Assembly: GCA_021816545.1 (NCBI GenBank) | Contig: JAKAXP010000001.1 | Location: 1-36,915 of the forward strand | Direction of reading: 5' to 3' | DNA from: Bacteroidota bacterium | GTDB taxonomy: Bacteria; Bacteroidota; Bacteroidia; Bacteroidales; VadinHA17 | DNA: 36,915 nucleotides | The notes under the pieces: model-generated | What the model saw: only the letters and a program-made list of their open reading frames with translations | What the model was told of the DNA's origin: nothing | Database searches by the model: none | Shown: piece by piece, positions 35,102-36,915 of the stretch | Layout: the number at the start of each line of letters is the position of its first letter | Position numbering within the stretch: position 1 is the first letter of the stretch | Position numbers and translations under genes: made by a program

Positions 35102-36664
35102 ATGAAGAAGATCCTATTGATTTCGTTAGTGCTGTTCAGCTGCCTGGCAGCCCGGACGCAGCCACTTAAGTCAGATGAAATAGACAGGCTGGTCAACCGT
35201 ACCCTTGAGACCTTCAATGTACCAGGCATTGCCGTAGCCGTGATAAAGGATGACCAGGTGGTGCACATGAAGGGGTACGGGGTCAGTTCAATTGCCACCG
35301 GCAAAAAGACTGATGAAAACACCCTTTTTGCAATCGCATCAAACTCGAAGGCTTTCACCTCGGCAGCACTGGGAATCCTTGTTGACGAAGGTAAACTCAC
35401 CTGGGAGACAAAGGTCACTGACATCATACCTGAGTTCAGGCTGTACAATTCATATGTGACAGAGGATTTCAACATAAAGGACCTCCTCTCCCATCGCAGC
35501 GGGATGGGACTGGGTGCAGGCGACCTGATGCTGTGGCCTGACTCATCAGCCTTTACAAAGGAAGAGATAATCCACAACCTGAGGTACCTGAAGCAGACCT
35601 CGCCCTTTCGGACGAAATACGATTATGACAACCTTCTTTATCTTGTTGCCGGGGAGGTTGTGGCCAGGGTCTCAGGGCAGAGTTGGGAGGACTTCGTGGA
35701 GTCAAGGATAATGAAACCGCTGGGAATGGAAAACTCGGCTGCATCATTCAGCAGGGTCAGGAACAGGTCAAACATTATCGATCCCCACATCCCGGTCAAC
35801 GGAGTGCTTCAGGTGGTGCCGATGTACCAGAGCAGCCTGTTCAACTCGGGAGCAGGAATCATCAGCAGTGTTTCAGATATGAGCAAATGGGTGATGATGC
35901 AGATCAACCGTGGCAGGTACGGTGAAAACAACGGCATGCAATTGCTGAAAGAGGCTACACAGCGTGACATGTGGACCCCGCAGACAATAATCCCGGTGCG
36001 CAATCCAGGTCCCTACAGGACTCACTTCTCTGCATACGGCCTGGGCTGGGGTCTGACGGATGTGGCAGGGTACCTGCAGGCATCTCATACCGGCGGACTG
36101 GGAGGCGTTGTTACCCAGGTTACAATAATCCCCGAACTGAAACTCGGGATCATAGTATTCACGAACCAGCAGGAAGGGTCTGCCTTTACCGCAATCACAA
36201 ACACAATCAAGGACGGTTACCTCGGGATCAAGGGGAATGACTGGCTTAAAACCCTGAAGGAAAATGTTGACAGGAACCAGGCCGAGGCGAAGAAGATAAC
36301 CGATGAAGTATGGTCAAAGGTTGAGGCACAGCGATCAAAGAGCGTATCTCCGGTTGATTATGCACAATACACAGGCACCTATACCGACAGCTGGTTCGGC
36401 GACATAATTATTGCTGAAGTGAACGGGAAGCTGCGGTTCCGGTCCGTAAAGTCTCCACAGCTCAGAGGTGATATGCTGTTTTACACCGCCAACACCTTCG
36501 TCGTAAAGTGGGACGACAGGTCGATGGATGCCGATTCATGGGCGGTCTTTTCACTCGATAAGGATGGTAAGGCGCAGTCATTTACGATGGATGCCATCTC
36601 TCCCCTCACCGATTTCAGTTATGATTTTCATGATCTCAGCCCGAAGCGTAAGGAAGTCAGATGA
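35102..36664 (+). CDS. Serine hydrolase, beta-lactamase fold, with extra C-terminal domain; exported
   Basis: ATG at 35102 gives the signal peptide MKKILLISLVLFSCLAARTQ. S-x-x-K (ASNSKAF), YDN and HTGGLGG motifs. About 130-aa C-terminal lipocalin-like extension (DUF3471-like). Confidence 0.8.
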   Translation: MKKILLISLVLFSCLAARTQPLKSDEIDRLVNRTLETFNVPGIAVAVIKDDQVVHMKGYGVSSIATGKKTDENTLFAIASNSKAFTSAALGILVDEGKLTWETKVTDIIPEFRLYNSYVTEDFNIKDLLSHRSGMGLGAGDLMLWPDSSAFTKEEIIHNLRYLKQTSPFRTKYDYDNLLYLVAGEVVARVSGQSWEDFVESRIMKPLGMENSAASFSRVRNRSNIIDPHIPVNGVLQVVPMYQSSLFNSGAGIISSVSDMSKWVMMQINRGRYGENNGMQLLKEATQRDMWTPQTIIPVRNPGPYRTHFSAYGLGWGLTDVAGYLQASHTGGLGGVVTQVTIIPELKLGIIVFTNQQEGSAFTAITNTIKDGYLGIKGNDWLKTLKENVDRNQAEAKKITDEVWSKVEAQRSKSVSPVDYAQYTGTYTDSWFGDIIIAEVNGKLRFRSVKSPQLRGDMLFYTANTFVVKWDDRSMDADSWAVFSLDKDGKAQSFTMDAISPLTDFSYDFHDLSPKRKEVR

Positions 36665-36915
36665 AGCGCACGGTTTCAATCATTTTTGTCTTTGCCCTTG
36701 CGGCAACTGTTCTGGGTCAGCCACTGTCGGAACGGAAGATTGACAGGCTGACGGAGCGGGTGATGCAGGAATTCAATGTCCCCGGCATTGCCGTGGCGGT
36801 GGTTAAGGATAACCGTGTGATCCACATGAAGGGCTACGGGGTTCGCTCCATCGCCACAGGCGAAAAGACAGATGTACACACCCTGTTCGCCATTGCCTCA
36901 AACACCAAGGCCTTC
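36661..36915 (+). CDS. Serine hydrolase paralog, 3' end outside the window
   Basis: ATGA overlap with the preceding stop. My translation reads MKRTVSIIFVFALAATVLGQPLSERKIDRLTERVMQEFNVPGIAVAVVKDNRVIHMKGYGVRSIATGEKTDVHTLFAIASNTKAF. It is open to the window edge and collinear with the N-terminus of the upstream gene. It is not in the ORF track because it has no stop. Confidence 0.8.
   Translation, partial: MKRTVSIIFVFALAATVLGQPLSERKIDRLTERVMQEFNVPGIAVAVVKDNRVIHMKGYGVRSIATGEKTDVHTLFAIASNTKAF

Noticed and set aside
1-36915. Looked for defence or mobile systems (CRISPR-Cas, restriction-modification, toxin-antitoxin, retron/DGR reverse transcriptases, integrases, transposases, phage genes) and for tRNA/rRNA
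   Set aside because: No ORF has the corresponding motifs. There are no inverted terminal repeats or att-like duplications flanking any block, and no cloverleaf-like or rRNA-like sequence was recognised by eye. A covariance-model scan would be needed to exclude small RNAs.

Overview
The window reads as ordinary chromosome with no mobile or defence content. I saw no transposase, integrase, cas, reverse transcriptase, toxin-antitoxin, tRNA or rRNA genes. The host is probably Bacteroidota-like. This is inferred from many signal-peptidase-II-type lipoprotein signals, a GH97/GH95 pair and A/T-rich start contexts without clear Shine-Dalgarno sites.

Positions 1-22.7 kb are a mosaic of exported or lipoprotein hydrolases: two beta-lactamase-fold serine hydrolases, a beta-helix protein, a phosphodiester glycosidase, GH97, GH95, an M81 MlrC-like peptidase, a cutinase/PETase-like alpha/beta hydrolase and an S9 prolyl oligopeptidase. 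Interspersed are an ABC exporter pair, a PD40/TolB-like protein, and membrane enzymes resembling isoprenylcysteine carboxyl methyltransferase (ICMT) and steroid 5-alpha-reductase.

Positions 23.1-32.3 kb form one tight co-directional respiratory cluster, which is the most interesting part. It encodes an exported HMA (MxCxxC) lipoprotein, a Tat-exported NrfC/ActB2-like Fe-S protein, an NrfD/ActC-like membrane protein and a C-terminally anchored monohaem cytochrome c. These are followed by DoxX, SCO, an A2-type caa3 cytochrome c oxidase (subunits I, III, IV, II-cyt c) and haem o synthase. The Fe-S/NrfD/cyt c trio has no catalytic subunit, no pentahaem ActA and no ActD/ActF. It is therefore a candidate minimal quinol:cytochrome c oxidoreductase resembling alternative complex III (ACIII). 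This is an inference that needs homology and genome-context checks.

The last 4.5 kb hold an orphan lipoprotein, a secreted cyanophycinase-like S51 peptidase and a tandem pair of serine-hydrolase paralogs, the last truncated by the window edge.

Three unrelated intergenic tandem-repeat arrays are the main non-coding oddities: 54/55 bp x5, 43 bp x7 organised as 129-bp higher-order units, and 19 bp x6. A triplicated ~25-bp motif in a divergent promoter region is a fourth.
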